A stretch of DNA of 64,000 nt, taken from Raja brachyura (lineage: Eukaryota). A program made the translations under genes and the position numbers. The notes under the pieces are model-generated. The model saw nothing but the letters and a program-made list of their open reading frames with translations, had not been told where the DNA came from and did no database searches. The stretch lies in assembly GCA_963514005.1 (NCBI GenBank), contig OY740792.1, positions 36,270,001 to 36,334,000 on the forward strand, written 5' to 3'. Below, piece by piece: positions 63,733-64,000 of this stretch; the first letter of the stretch is position 1; each line of letters begins with the position of its first letter.

Positions 63733-64000
63733 TTAGTTTTAGTTTTAGAGATGCAGCATGGAAACAGGCCTTTCGGCCTACTGAGTTTGTACCGACCCAT
63801 ATCCTGCACACTAGGGACAATTTGCAGAAGAACATTAACCTACAAACCTGCACGCCTTTGAGATGTTGGAGGAAACCAGAGCACCCAGAGAAAACCCAAG
63901 CGGTCACAGGGAAAACGTGCATACTCCACACAGACAGCACCTGTAGTCAGGATTGAACCCATGTCTCTGGCGCTGTAAGGCAGCATATCTACCTGCAGCG
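63733..64000 (-). mobile_element. HE1-like V-SINE (head runs off window)
   Basis: Family motifs on the minus strand. Confidence 0.8.

Noticed and set aside
31300-64000. CD2/CD58/IGSF3/CD101 neighbours expected from mammalian synteny
   Set aside because: No Ig-domain, transmembrane or PPPGHR-type exons were recognised in this interval.
116-64000. tRNA genes
   Set aside because: The A/B-box-like sequences inspected are SINE heads followed by the V-domain; none was seen to form a stand-alone cloverleaf.

Overview
Repeat-dense vertebrate genomic DNA, most likely from a cartilaginous fish (skate or ray), judged from HE1-type V-SINEs and their partner HER1/CR1 LINEs. There is one protein-coding gene, on the minus strand: the 5' part of an EWI-family Ig-superfamily gene, best matching PTGFRN (EWI-F/CD9P-1). 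It has a signal-peptide exon at 30678-30627 inside a CpG island, a ~25.6-kb intron 1, and three phase-1 Ig-V exons (4982-4617, 4051-3623, 1873-1490); the gene continues beyond the window start. The rest is mostly intron or upstream sequence built from SINEs, CR1, Rex1/Babar and L1 fragments, Penelope-like elements (PLEs) and non-autonomous DNA transposons. Almost all other listed ORFs are repeat-derived noise. Most notable: (1) a 135-bp TSD-flanked retroposon at 46613-46479 that consists of little more than a CPEB3/HDV-like ribozyme plus a GAAAGAAGAA tail, with its first base at the predicted self-cleavage site; (2) a dense family of PLE-derived fold-back elements carrying minimal hammerhead cores, including a young 1.4-kb inverted PLE with an open GIY-YIG domain and a TSD; (3) an antisense CR1 fragment that appears to supply the branch point and pyrimidine tract of PTGFRN exon 3; (4) several local inverted and direct duplications. 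Family names come from motif recognition, not database searches, and repeat boundaries are approximate unless a TSD is cited.
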